Of a DNA stretch of 64,000 nucleotides, positions 1 to 12,159 are shown piece by piece; within the stretch, counting starts at the first letter, position 1; every line of letters starts with the position of its first letter. Origin of the DNA: Squalus acanthias (lineage: Eukaryota). Both the position numbers and the translations under genes were made by a program. The notes below the pieces were generated by a model that saw nothing but the letters and a program-made list of their open reading frames with translations, made no database searches and was not told the origin of the DNA. The stretch lies in NCBI GenBank assembly GCA_030390025.1, contig CM059432.1, positions 4,402,001 through 4,466,000 of the forward strand, written 5' to 3'.

Positions 1-444
1 AGGCCAAGCACACAAAACGGAACTTCTTTTTAATTGGATTAAAGAAGATTAAAGGGGGAACAGTGTGCAGGTCTTCAAAGTGCCGAAAGGCATAGATATT
101 GTAAGTAGATTGTTTAACTTGGACTGTGATTGCAGGGCTGCAGAACACAAGGGCAAAATTAACAAGCTTCAAACGAGACAAGAGATTAGAAGAAAGTACG
201 TTTGTGTTGTTAGAGGCTCGAAAAGGAAGTTATGTATCTTGATGAGCAGCTTTTAAAAGGCGGGGTGACGCACAGCTCCTTCAGAATGAATTGTAGATTA
301 TGGAGATAAGTGTCAGAGGTGATCAAATAGTTAGAATGTAACAGAATCCAAAGCAAGAAAAGACTATTCATTACAGGAAGACCACTCCATCCAGAGACCA
401 TGTACGATTAGAAGGACATGTTGATGGGGCTAGATGAAGAAGAG

Positions 445-800
445 CAACAACAACTTGTATTTATACAGCGCCGTTAACGTAGTTAAACGTCCCAAGGTGT
501 TTCACAGGAGCGATTATCAGACAAAATTTGACACCGAGCCACATAAGGAGATATTAGGACAGGTGACCAAAAGCTTGGTCAAAGAGGTCGGTTTTAAGGA
601 GCGTTTAAAGGAGGAGAGAGCGGTAACGAGGCGGAGAGGTTTAGGGAGGGAATTCCAGAGCTCGGGGCCCAGGCAGCTGAAGGCACGGCTGCCAATGGTG
701 GAGCGATTGAAATCGGGGGATGCCCAAGAGGACAGAATGAAGAGGAGCGCTGATATCTCGGGGGGTTGTGGGGCTGGAGGAGATTACAGAGATAGGGAGG
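445..800 (-). mobile_element. L2 LINE 3' fragment
   Basis: Matches the L2 3' end repeated throughout the window (GPKLWNSLPKPLRL...FKTLLKTYLFDQAF) and ends in a (TTG)n tail. Confidence 0.85.
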
Positions 801-1381
801 GAGGAGGCTCATGCGGAGCATAAACACCGGCACCGACCTGTTGGAGGTGAACGGCCTGTTTTCTGCGCTGTAGATACCTTGTGATACTTTGATTATTTGG
901 TTCGTGGAATTCTGTGGTTCCAGTCCAGTTGAGTTCACGAAAAAGCCATCTGTGCGATGCGATCGTTTGACGTTGAATAATGCAAGTTGTGATGTGAGAT
1001 TAATAGCTGAGAGTTTTGCTAGGTAGGTCAGGGAGAAATGTCACCGAGGTGGGGGTGGGGGTTTATCTTTATGTAAAACGTCCCAAGGTGGTTACTGACT
1101 ATATGATGATGTGAATGACACAAGGCCCTGTTGGAAGGAATGGACTTGATGGACCAAATAGCTGTTCTTTTCCCCCTTGTTTCCCATAATATTTTCATGA
1201 GAAAAACCTCAGACCCCATACACAGGACCCCGATTGGCATTTTAGGCCATAACCGGCCATGCACTCTGCACCCAGTCTCGCCGGCGATGCTCCCAAGGAG
1301 GCCTCGTAAAGGTAAGTTCGAAATGGTTTTCGCGGAACCAGGAGGGAGCGTAACCGGTCTTCTGTCCCTCGCAACATTACT

Positions 1382-2270
1382 ACAACAACAACAACAACAA
1401 CAACAACTTGTATTTAGATAGCGCCTTTAACGTGGTAAAACGTCCCAAGACGCTGCACAGGAGTATTTTAAGACAGAAAAATTTGACACCGATCCACATA
1501 AGGAGAAATTAGGACAGGTGACCAAAAGCTTGGTCAAAGAGGTAGGTTTTAAGGAGCGTCTTAAAGGAGGAAAGAGAGGTAGCGAGGCGGAGAGGTTTAG
1601 GCAGGGAGTTCCAGGGCTTAGGGCCCAGGCAACAGAAGGCACGGCCACCAAAGGTTGAGCGATTATAATCAGGGATGCTCAAGAGGGCAGAATTGGAGGA
1701 GCGCAGATATCTCGGGGGGGTTGTGGGGCTGAAGGAGATTACAGAGATAGGGAGGGGGGCGAGGTCATGGTGGGATTTGAAAACAAGGATGAGAATTTTG
1801 AAATCGAGGCATTGCTTAACCGGGAGCCAATGTAGGTCAGCGAGCACAGGGGTGATGGGCGAATGGGACTTGGTGCGAGTTAGGACACAGGCAGCTGAGT
1901 TTTGGATAACCTCAAGTTTACGTAGGGTGGAGTGTGGGAGGCCAGCCAGGAGTGCGTTGGAATAGTCAAGTCTAGAGGTAACAAAGGCATGGATGAGGGT
2001 TTCAGCAGCGGATGAATTGAGGCAAGGGCGGAGACGGGCGATGTTATGGAGGTGGAAATAGGCGGTCTTTGTTATGCTGCGGATATGTGGTCAGAAGCTC
2101 ATTTCTGGGTCAAATTTGACCCCAAGGTTGCGAACAGTGTGGTTCAGCCTCAGACAGATGTTAGGGAGAGGGATGGAGTCAGTGGCTAGGGAACGGAGTT
2201 TGCGGCGGGGACTGAAAACAATGGCTTCGGTCTTCCCAATATTTAATTGGAGAAAATTCTTGCTCATCCA
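1382..2270 (-). mobile_element. L2 LINE 3' fragment, about 0.9 kb, with (TTG)n tail
   Basis: ORFs show LQLNIGKTEAIVF, VRNLGVKFDPEMSF, LADLHWLPVKQ and WNSLPKPLR. The CAA run at 1382-1406 is the tail. Confidence 0.9.
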
Positions 2271-2720
2271 GAACGGGCCGCTGCCACACTGGGCTCCCCC
2301 CACCTCCCCGCCCCCCTCCCCACCGGCCCGATATTGGGCCGGCCTGAATCTGACGCCCTGCACCGGGATGCCGATTCGGGGCGAGCAGTTAGCCCATCAG
2401 CCAGCCAGGAATTAAAATCGACCCCCCCGCCACGCCTTGACCTCACGTCAAACTGTCTGTTGAATACATCTTATCTCACCAAGAGCAAGATAATACCATG
2501 AACAGCAGCCATTTGAAACATTTTGGTGGGCACCATTCAGTGTGGGCGAATTTCAATAGAAAGGACATTCGGGTGAGGGGGTGTAACGGGCAGCCGATCC
2601 ACTATCGCCCAATTCGCACCCCCGCCAATGTTCAATTTCACCCCGCCCCCCCTCCCCCCATTGCCTTTTCAAGTAAAGTCCAGGAAATGGATTTCATTGA
2701 GCTTTGTAGGAACAGTGTAG

Positions 2721-4030
2721 GAGTTCTGACGAAAGGTCATTGACCTGAATCATTGGGGCAGAAATTCGGGTCCCCACGGGTGAGTACGCGCTGTGTACTC
2801 ACCCGTAGGGCCACCGGAAGTGCCGGTTCCGCGCATGCACGGGAAACCGGAACTTCCGGTCTCGTGAAGGAAGGGGTTCGCGGGTCAGCCACGTGCGCGG
2901 GAGAGGCAGCGCGCACGCAGCGAACTTCGGCTTTTTTTACAGGTTTCTCCATGCGGGTAAGTCCCTGGCAGCTGCGCGGGGAAAAAGCAGGCGCAAGGCC
3001 TGCTTTTAACAAGGTAAGTGGAGAATTAAGTAAAATTAAAACATTTTTTCCACAGGTTTATTATTTTTAAATACTTTAAAGAAAGGTAAGTTTATTTTTA
3101 GCCCCGTTAAAAACTGTAATTAATTTTTTCAAAAATTATTGTTTAAAATAGTTATTTTATGTAATTTATAGTTATTTTAAAAATGTGATGTTTTTTTAAA
3201 ATTTATATGAAGTTTTAGTGAGGTCTTCCTGTCAAATCTATGAATGGAGATTCCCTGCTCCGATTGGCTCCCCATGGCCCACGTGATCCCAGGGACGCTT
3301 CGAACTAACTGCGCCCCTGGGATACGTGAGCACTGCGCGCCAGCAGCTGGAGGAGGCCCAGGATCGAAATCCCACGCGGGCCCACAGCACAACGGCAGGC
3401 GCGCTAGATAAGTGCACCCGCTATGCTTGCGCCCGCAGGAAGCCTCCGACCCGAATTTCTGGCCCATTAACTCTGTTTCTCTCTCCACAGATGCTGCCTG
3501 ACCTGCTGAGTATTTCCAGCATTTTCTGTTTTTATTTTGGATTTCCAGCATCCGCAGTATTTTGCTTTTGTCTTAGTGTTGAATTCACTGCCACTTCTCT
3601 TCCAGGAATGCCCACCTTGAAGAAGTTCTGCTCTTCTCTCCAACGGGATTTCAGTTTGTCTCTTTTATCTGTTCATCCTCATTGCTTTCTGTTTCCCTTC
3701 TTGTGTTTGCTCAGGTATCTACCAAAACTCGCTTTCACAGCCACATCTCTTTCCTCAACAACTGTCTCCAACTCCGACTTATTCCACGTGGATTCCAACT
3801 GAAATTCCACCCTGCATGTTTCGGATCCACCCAGGATTACAGATATCTCCGAGATATTCAGTGTTCCTCGAACCACTGCTCTCACTGTAGCCTGAGATTC
3901 ACGCTCAACGCCATGCACCGTCACATGCACACTCTCGACCTCTCTCTTCAGCAGCACCGACTCACTCTATCTCAAAGCTGTCCTGGTCCGCAGTTCCATT
4001 TCATCCTTCGCCTCATCCGGCGTTTTAACA
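2721..4030 (+). mobile_element. Penelope-like element: pseudo-LTR followed by the start of the ORF, interrupted by a MITE
   Basis: The terminal sequence is the same as the 3' ends of the GIY-YIG elements at 25490-25630 and 33270-33410. It is followed by TRFHSHISFLNNCLQLRLIPRGFQLKFH, which resembles a PLE N-terminal motif. Confidence 0.7.
2755..3465. mobile_element. PIF/Harbinger-type MITE, family A (AT-rich core)
   Basis: TIR GGGGCAGAAATTCGGGTC vs reverse complement GGGCCAGAAATTCGGGTC (17/18 match). The 3-bp TSD is ATT at 2752-2754 and 3466-3468. Confidence 0.9.
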
Positions 4031-4624
4031 AAAAACAGATTTAAGATAATTGGCAAAAGAACCAGAGGGGGAGACGAGGAGTAATTCCTTTTGCGCAGCG
4101 AGTTGTTGTGATCTGGAATGCGCTGCCTGAAAGGGCGGTGGAAGCAGATTCAATAGTAACTTTCAAAAGGGAATTGGATAAATACTTGAAAAGGAAAAAT
4201 TTGCAGGGCTATGGGGAAAGAGCAGGGGGGAGTGGGACTAATTGGAGAGCTCTTTCAAAGAGCCGAATGGCCTCCTTCTGTGCTGTATCATTCGATGATT
4301 CTGTGAAATCTTTCTCCTGATGCATTTCAAAATGGTGACATACCAATAGAAGTAAGCAACACATCGGTAATGCGGCAGGTCTGTTTATTTGCACGACTGT
4401 TTTACACGACAGGAGACGTGTGATCTTCTATCCGCTGCAATCCTTGTGTAAACAAGCCCAGGCTCCTGTATGCTGCTCTCTGGCGAGATCAATGATGTTA
4501 GGTTGGCCCCTTGTGTTTGCTCTTTGCTGGTCCCCCATAAAAATGCCTCCAGAGATTAGCTCCCTCCTCCAAGTGTAAAGGTAGCAGAGCGACAGACAGA
4601 GGCCAATCCCCCAAAACAGGATGT

Positions 4625-5850
4625 AGTGAAAGAGAGACTCGCATTTCTATAGCGCCTTTCACGACCTCAGGACGTCCCAAAGTGCTTTACAGCCAATGAA
4701 GTACTTTTTGAAGTGTGGTCACTGTTGTAATGTCGGAAACGCGGCAGCCAATTTGCGCACAGCAAGCTCCCACAAACAGCAATGTGATAATGACCAGATA
4801 AAGGGCGCGAAATTCGGTTACGCCCCATTTGGGGACGGTAACCGAGTTAAGGCCGGACATTTAGCGCCCGGAGCGGAAGTACCGCCCCGGCCGCTAAATT
4901 GGGCTTACCGCCCCGCACAGGAAGTGGAGCTCAATGTCAGGCGTTCCACTTCCTGTTGGGGCGGTAACCGAGGCGATGTCGGGGGGCGATCGGCAGCGCT
5001 CGGCTGAGGCTCCACGGAGCGCTGCCGCGTTTCAACGCCCCTCCCCTTCAGTTAAAGGGGGAGGGGCGCAGCGCACTCCGCAGGGCCTCCGAGGGCCCAC
5101 ACTAGGCCACCAGGGCGGCGTGGCGCTGCAGCTGCAGCCCGGCGCCGAGACGCACTGCCGGGCTGCGCGATGGCGGCCAGGGCCACACCACAGCTGCTCC
5201 ATGGCGGAGGGCCAACCTGAAGCTCGGCTAAAAAAAGAAAATGGCGGCATGGGTCGCAGCTGCACCTCCCCTTTAAATACCGCCCCGCGAGCGGAGGTCG
5301 GCCAGGCTCATGACCTGCGCTGACATCGCCCACGGCAGCCTCGCAGGGCGCAGCCTAATCTCCGCCATGAGGCGGTAAGGGGTCGCGGTGGGGTTACCGG
5401 TCAGGGCACGGCGCTATTGGGTAGCGCCTCAGCACAGCCCCGCCGATATTCTCGTGAGGCGCTTTTTCCACCCCCCCCCCCCCAGCTTTTGCGCCCTGTT
5501 AGTGCCCCCTGGAGGCGCTAACAGCAGGTGCAAAGGAGATGAATATCGAGCCCAATCTGTTTTAGTGATGTTGGTTCACAGATAAACATTGGCCAGGACA
5601 CCAGGGATAACTCCCTTGCTCTTCTTCGAAATAGTGCCATGGGATCTTTTACGTCCACCTGAGAGAGCAGACGGGGATTCGGTTTAATGTCTCATCCGAA
5701 AGACGGCACCTCCGACAGTGCGGCACTCCCTCAGCGCTGCACTGGAGTGTCAGCCTAGATTTTTGACCTCAAATCTCTGGAGTGGGACTATGAACCCACG
5801 ACCATTGCTAGGCTCAGTGGCGAGGGTGCTACCCACTGAGCCACGGCATA
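4625..5850 (-). mobile_element. Deu-domain SINE (SacSINE1-like), split by a MITE
   Basis: Reverse complement of the SINE at 6518-6985, with head near 5850 and tail near 4630. Confidence 0.85.
4803..5553. mobile_element. PIF/Harbinger-type MITE, family B (GC-rich)
   Basis: TIR GGGCGCGAAATTC vs GGGCTCGATATTC. It interrupts the SINE sequence cagat-aat-ctgt, with an imperfect TSD (AAA/AAT). Confidence 0.8.
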
Positions 5851-6517
5851 CACACAGGTTTTTAGCAAAAAGTGCCTTTAGTTACATTAACCAATTCGGG
5901 TTGACTTATTCCATCAAAAAAATAATCTGCGGCACGCTTTTAGCCCCTAGGTCGCGGGTATGAGCATTGCAGGTGGCATCGCCAAGGTTATAGAAAGGCA
6001 AGCACTAGAGTGAATTACATGGGTGTGAGAAGCCTCAGGTCACAGCACAAGTAAAGCAAATCTGCTGTGTGTTAAAGTGCTTCATTTATAGTCTCCTTAT
6101 CGGATGTGCCTGTAGCTGTAATATAATATCCCAATTAAGCTCATATAAGTTGTTGAAAAATCAGGCATTTCTCCTCCGGCATGAGGCTGAAGTTAATAAT
6201 AAACATGTAACACAAATCCACCCTTCGAAAGAAATAAGCAACACCACCTCCCCACCTGCACCGGCCGCGATCATCGGGTTTGCAGTCCGCCATTAAAGTT
6301 ACGTTTGTTTAGCCAACCAACAATGATTTTCCTGCGCGCGGGGAAAGTTTGGCCCGTGGAATAATTACCAGGCTTAGGCGTCTTCTTGCACCAGTTGTTC
6401 CCCGCCAGCTCGTGTCGGTTTCAGCCGCCCCCTCAGGGCGAGCCGCGAACCGCAACTCAGGTGTGAAGGCGTCTGCCGGGCATTTGACAAGTGGAGTGTG
6501 AATAGCTCCGCAGCAGC

Positions 6518-6985
6518 AGTGTCAGCTGTGGCTCAGTGGGCAGCACCCTCGCCTCTGAGGCACAATAGTTGCGGGTTCACGGTCCCACTGCGGAGACTTG
6601 AGCACCAAAATCCCGGCTGACGCTCCCAGTGCAGTGCTGAGGGAGTGCTGCACTGTCGGAGGTGCCGTCTTTCGGATGAGACGTTAAACCGAGGCCCCAT
6701 CTGCTCTCAGGTGGACGTAAAAGATCCCATAGCACTATTTCGAAGAAGAGCAGGGGAGTTATCCCCGGTGTTCTGGCCAATATTTATCCCTCAATCAACA
6801 TCTCTAAAAACAGATTATCTGGTCACTATCACATTGCTGTTTGTGGGAGCTTGCTGTGCGCAAATTGTCTGCCGCGTTTCCTACATTACAACAATGACTA
6901 CACTTCAAAAAGTACTTCATTGGTTGTAAAGCGCTTTGGGATGTCCTGAGGTCGTGGAAGGCGCTGGAGAAATGTATTTTTTCCA
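6518..6985 (+). mobile_element. Deu-domain SINE (SacSINE1-like), full length
   Basis: tRNA-like head (A box TGGCTCAGTGG, B-box-like GGTTCA), Deu-like core GAGGGAGTGCTGCACTGTCGGAGGTGCCGTCTTTCGGATGAGACG, and a tail resembling the L2 3' end. Confidence 0.85.
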
Positions 6986-7581
6986 CAAACGGCGATTGAT
7001 GCTCGGTCAATTGTTAATTTTAAATCGGAGATTGATAGATTTTTGTTAACCAAAGGTATTAAGGGATATGGGGCAAAGGCGGGTATATGGAGTTAGGTCG
7101 CAGATCAGCCATGACAACAGTGACTCCCCTTTGAAAGTACTTCATTGGCTGTAAAGCGCTTTGAGACGTCCAGTGGTCGTGAAAGGCGCTATAGAAATGC
7201 AAGTCTTTCTTTTTTGTCATAAAGAGGATATCTAGAATCAGGAATTATATATGCGAGTTCTTGCCGTAAAATAAGTTCTTGTAAAAGTTTTTCGAAAGGA
7301 GCGTACATTTTTGCAGAGTGGCTCTAATAGCAAGCAGTGAAAGAGCAAAGTCGATTCACCTGTAAAGAACGATCAGAGAGAATTCATTAGTAGAACTCAT
7401 GCAGTGGATAATGTGCTTTGAATGTTTTACAGTATTCAGAGATTCTTTGGAAGAGGCAGGCAGTGATCCGATATTCATTTTACATCTCCTTACTGTGTTT
7501 AAGACAAAAAAAAACCAATTAATCGGATCCAGCCCTGTGTTCCAGCTCATTTTTACTTGAGAAACTGAAGCAAATCGTCAC

Positions 7582-7689
7582 CAATGTTCCCTCGAATTTG
7601 CCGTCTAAGTGCGCGGTCCCTTTAAATTTGCCGCGCACTGTCAGCTGGTGAACGGCCTGTGTGGGACCTCCCTATTGGTGGGAACATTG
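7582..7689. mobile_element. Small hAT-like MITE
   Basis: Perfect 10-bp TIR CAATGTTCCC/GGGAACATTG. Related to 35187-35341. TSD is degraded. Confidence 0.65.
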
Positions 7690-7714
7690 TTTGTTACTAT
7701 AAGAACATAAGAAA

Positions 7715-8160
7715 TAACAAAGACTTGCATTTCTACAGCGCCTTTCACGACCACCAGACGTCCCAAAGCGCTTTACAGCCAATGTTGTAATGTAGGAAAT
7801 GCGGCAGCCAATTTGCGCACAGCAAGCTCCCACAAATAGCAATGTGATAATGACCAGTTAAACTGTTTTTGTTATGTTGGTTGAGGGAGAAGCATTGGCC
7901 CCAGGACACTGAGGATAACTCCTCTGCTCTTCTTCAAAATAGTGGCCGCGGGATCTTTTACATCCACCTGAGAGGGCAGACGGGGCCTCGGTTTAATGTT
8001 TCATCTGAAAGACGGCACCTCTGACAGTGCAGCACTCCCTCAGCATTGCACTGGAGTGTCAGCCTAGCTTTATGTGCTCAAAGTCTCTGGAGTGGGATTC
8101 TGAACCCACAACCTTCTGACTGAGAGGCAAGTGTGCTACCCACTGAGCCACAGCTGACAT
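7715..8160 (-). mobile_element. Deu-domain SINE nested in a CR1 3' tail (about 7700-8400)
   Basis: Full reverse-complement SINE with CR1 tail sequence on both sides. Confidence 0.85.
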
Positions 8161-9194
8161 GAGACACAGGAGCAGGAGTAGGCCATTCGGCCCCACGAGC
8201 CTGCCCCGCCATTCAATAAGATCATGGCTGATCTGATCTTGGCCGCAACTCCACTTTCCCACCCGCTCCCCATAACCCTTGACTCCCCTGTAGTTCAAAA
8301 ATCCGTCCATCTCCGCCTGGAGTATCCTCAACGACGCAGCCTCCACAGCTGTCTGGGGCAGAGAACTCCAAAGACTCACCACCCTCCGAGAGAAGAAATC
8401 CCTATGTTTTTAAAAAGTTCGATGCTTTTACTTCTTTTCCTTAAATGCAATTTTTCTAATCTTTTCATGGAAATGTTGGATTACTTACTCCGCATCGGGA
8501 ATAAAAAAACCCCAGCTAGGTCGTTAGACAGATCTGAGCACTTTGAGGGCACCTGGGATCAGGTTTGCTTTCAGCTGTGATAGTAAATCGATATCACGTT
8601 GGACAGCAGGCATCACAATGCCGAGAAAATTGGGTCAGACTTCAAGACAGTGGGATGTCCTGCTAATTGCACCATGAGAGAGTATTCTAACCCCCCTCCC
8701 CTCCGTGCACCGCACAGGACTGCAGCGGTTCAAGAAGGCGGCTCGCCACCACCTTCTCGAGGGGATGGGGCAATAAACGCCCGCCTTGCCAGCGACGCCC
8801 ACATCCCAGGAACGAATACAAAAAAAAAAGGTCTCTAAAATAACAATGCAAGTTAAAAGAAAGATAAAACTAGAAAGGCACTGCCTGATCTGGAACGCGC
8901 TGCCTGAAAGGGCGGTGGAAGCAGATTCAATCGCAACTTTCAAAAGGGAATTGGAATAAATACATTGAAGGAGGGAAAAAAAGCAGGGCTACAGGGAAAG
9001 GGCAATGGGAGTGAGACAAATGGGAGAGCTCTTTCACAGAGCCGGCACAGGCACGATGGGCTGAATGGCCTCCTCTTGCGCTCTATCGATCTAGGATTCT
9101 ATGACGATACAGATGCTGGAAAACTGAAATTTAAAAAAAACAAACAGAAAATGCTGGAAATACCCAATAGCTTCCTCGACATCTGTAAAGTCAT

Positions 9195-9232
9195 GTTCTG
9201 AATTTTTCAGGTGCAGAACCCTTCCTCAGTGT
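9195..9232 (-). ncRNA. Degenerate hammerhead motif in a decayed Penelope-like terminus (about 9105-9235)
   Basis: Minus strand reads CTGAGGA-A-GGGT-TCTGC-ACCT-GAAA-AATTC. The C-GUH element is lost. Downstream it has the same ttccagcattttctg repeats as the intact copies. Confidence 0.5.
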
Positions 9233-9369
9233 AATAATGCGTTTCCAGCATTTTCTGATTTTACTTTTAAAATAATCGGTCTGTGTGGAGCAGAATGATC
9301 ACTTCTCTTATTGAAAAATTAGTAATTTTCTCGCTTATTTAAATTTAAATTTAATGGTGTGTTGCACAG

Positions 9370-10225
9370 ACTTGGCTTGCATTCCCTTGAATATAGAAGA
9401 TTAAGGGGTGATTTAAAAAAAATATTCATTCCTGGGATGTGGGCGTCGCTGGCAAGGCCGGCATTTATTGCCCATCCCTAATTGCCCTCGAGAAGGTGGT
9501 GGTGAGCCGCCTTCTTGAACCGCAGCAGTCCGTGTGGTGAAGGTGCTCCCACAGCGCTGTTAATTGAAGTGTTTAAGATGATTAAAGGATTTGATAAGAT
9601 AGATAGTGTGAAACTATTTCCTCTGGTGGGGGGAGTCCAGAACAAGGGGGCATAACCTTCAAATTAGAGCCCGGCCGTTCAGGGGTGATGTCTGTCAGCA
9701 CTTCTTCACACAAAGGGTAGTGGAAATCTGGAATTCTCTCCCCCAAAAAGCTACTGAGGCTGGGGGTCAATTGAAAATTTCAAAACTGAGATCGACAGAT
9801 TTTTGTTAGGCAAGGGTATTAAGGGTTACGGAACCAAGGTGGGTAGATGGAGTTAAGATACAGATAAACCAGGATCTCATTGAATGGCAGAACAGGATTT
9901 TTTTTTAATTTGTTCCTGGGATGTTGGCTTCGCTGGCAAGGCCAGCATTTATTGCCCATCCCTAATTGCCCCTTGAGAAGGTGATGGTGAGCCGCCTTCT
10001 TGGACCGCTGCAGTCCGTGTGGTGAGGGTTCTCCCACAGTGCTGTTAGGGAGGGAGTTCCAGGATTTTGACCCAGCGACGATGAAGGAAAGGCCGATATA
10101 TTTCCAAGTCAGGATGGTGTGTGACCTGGAGGGGAACTTGGAGGTGGTGGTGTTCCCATGCGCCTGCTGCCCTTGTCCTTCTAGATGGAAGAGGTCGCGG
10201 GTTTGAGAGGTGCTGCCGAAGATGC
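9370..10225. mobile_element. Composite: CR1 3' part (+) with two inserted tails of a second CR1-group LINE (-)
   Basis: CR1 sequence at 9370-9415 and 9560-9897. The second LINE's tails are at about 9420-9560 and 9900-10225 (same family as 49795-50360). Confidence 0.8.
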
Positions 10226-10949
10226 GTCCTGTTCCTTTGTTCCTATGCGTTGCAACATTGGTGTTTTATATGGTGAATATATTTAACAACTTGAAAAATT
10301 GTAGACTATGTGAAATCCAATGCGAAATTTTAATTCTGTGCTTTCTCTTCAATAAGCTTTTTGGAATTCATTAAATGGGATTTGCAGCAAACACCAGCAA
10401 AAGTTACCTGCCGGTTTATGTAACAGTCCCTAACTGTGGTATTGTGAAACTGCCATCCAATGAAAGAGATTGTGTTGATAATTGTATTTTAATGAAGATG
10501 TAGGCTTGTCACATTAGTATTCCTGTGTCAGTCACAGGACCTTGTTAATCTGCTAATTGTCACTTTCCGAAAAATCAAATTATAGGAAGCTCAAGTCGTG
10601 CTATTTACCTACACGCAATTTAAGCACCGTTCTGCATTCCTATTGATTTCGCCCTTACAACAGGGACATCCTTAATGGCCACATAACGCCAAGACGTCAA
10701 GAGTCATGACAGCAAGATGTCAGAACTTCTCACAATCCCCTTCCCCCACCCCACCCCCACCCTCCCACGTTCGATCCTGCAATGCAAGCTGGGATCCTAA
10801 AGGAAACCAGTGAAAGATTTGGCAGCGCCCTGATTAATATTTTATAACGCACTCCATAAATACCCCGAAGGTTGACTAGAATCACTAACGTAATCCTGGT
10901 GTTTGGCAAAGTAGTGAGGTATGGTCCCGGAAAGTATAGACTGGTTCGT

Positions 10950-11340
10950 TTGTTTTCAAATCCCTCCATGGCCTCGCCCCCTTCCTATCTCTGTAATATC
11001 CTTCAGCCCCACAACCCCCCGAGATATCTGCGCTCCTCTAATTCTGCCCTCTTGAGCATCCTTGATTAGAATCGCTCAACCATTGGCGGCCGTGCCTTCT
11101 GTTGCCTAGGCCTTAAGCTCTGGAATTCCCTGCCTAAACCTCTCCGCCTCACTACCTCTCTTTCCTCCTTTAAGACGCTCCTTAAAACCTACCTCTTTGA
11201 CTAAGCTTTTGGTCACCTGCCCTAATTTATCCTTATGTGGATCGGTGTCAAATTTGTTTGTCTTAAAATACTCCTGTGCAGCGCCTTGGGACGTTTTACT
11301 ATGTTAAAGGCGCTATATAAATACAAGTTGCTGTTGTTTA
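10950..11340 (+). mobile_element. L2 LINE 3' fragment
   Basis: Shared L2 3' sequence and tail. Confidence 0.85.
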
Positions 11341-11689
11341 GCACTGGTAGAGAGACAAAAATGCTCAAGGACATTTATATCATTGCAACAAACCCTTCTC
11401 TAAAGAGCACAGGGACAATAAGGGGTAGTTAACATGGTTTTGGAAGCAGTAGGTCATAGACCACACACCTTTATGAACATTCTATAAAGAGGTAACTAAA
11501 TCAGGGGATGAGGGCTGATTAGTAGATACAAGGGCAATTCTGTGCTTCCTCCCGGGACTATGTATCAAGGAATCAGGGCTACAGTGTTGTAGCTCTATCT
11601 TTGACCCATCTACCCCTCCCTCCTTGGATGACAGAATTATTCCTATAATTTACTTGGATCTTCAGAGAAGGCACTTGCTAAATTGCTGG

Positions 11690-12155
11690 GTTGGGTGCGG
11701 TAGCATAGTGGTTATGTTACTTGGTACTAGGAAATTCAGTAGGCCTGGGCTAATGATCACAGAGATGTGAGTTCAAAATCCACCACGGCAGCTGGGGAAT
11801 TTACATTCAGTTAATTAAATAATTCTGGTGTCAGTAACTACTGTGATTGTTGTAAAAACCCATCTGGTTCACTAATGTACCTTCAGGGAAGGAAATCTGC
11901 CGTCCTTACCCGGTCTGGCCTATATGTGACTCCACACACACGGCAATGTGGTTGACTCTTAACTGCCCTCTGAAATGGCCGAACAAGCCACTCAGTTTGT
12001 ACCAAACTGCTACAAAGAAGTATACGCACTGTGGGTAGTACCTTCACCTCACGGACTGCAGCGGTTCAAGGAGGTGGCTCGCCACCACCTTCTCGATGGG
12101 CAATAAATGCCGGGCTTGCCAGTGATGCCCACATCCCGTGAATGAATAAAAAAAA
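11690..12155 (+). mobile_element. SINE-like element with tRNA-like head, followed by a LINE 3' tail
   Basis: A-box-like GTAGCATAGTGG and B-box-like GAGTTCAAA. It ends in the gggcaataaatgc...cccacatccc tail shared with the LINE at 49795-50360. Confidence 0.55.
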
Positions 12156-12159
12156 TTTC

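Noticed and set aside
1131..1421. ORF ending in polyglutamine
   Set aside because: The CAA run is the reverse complement of an L2 (TTG)n tail.
6518..6600. tRNA gene
   Set aside because: The A/B-box-like head continues into the SINE core and tail, and I see no complete cloverleaf.
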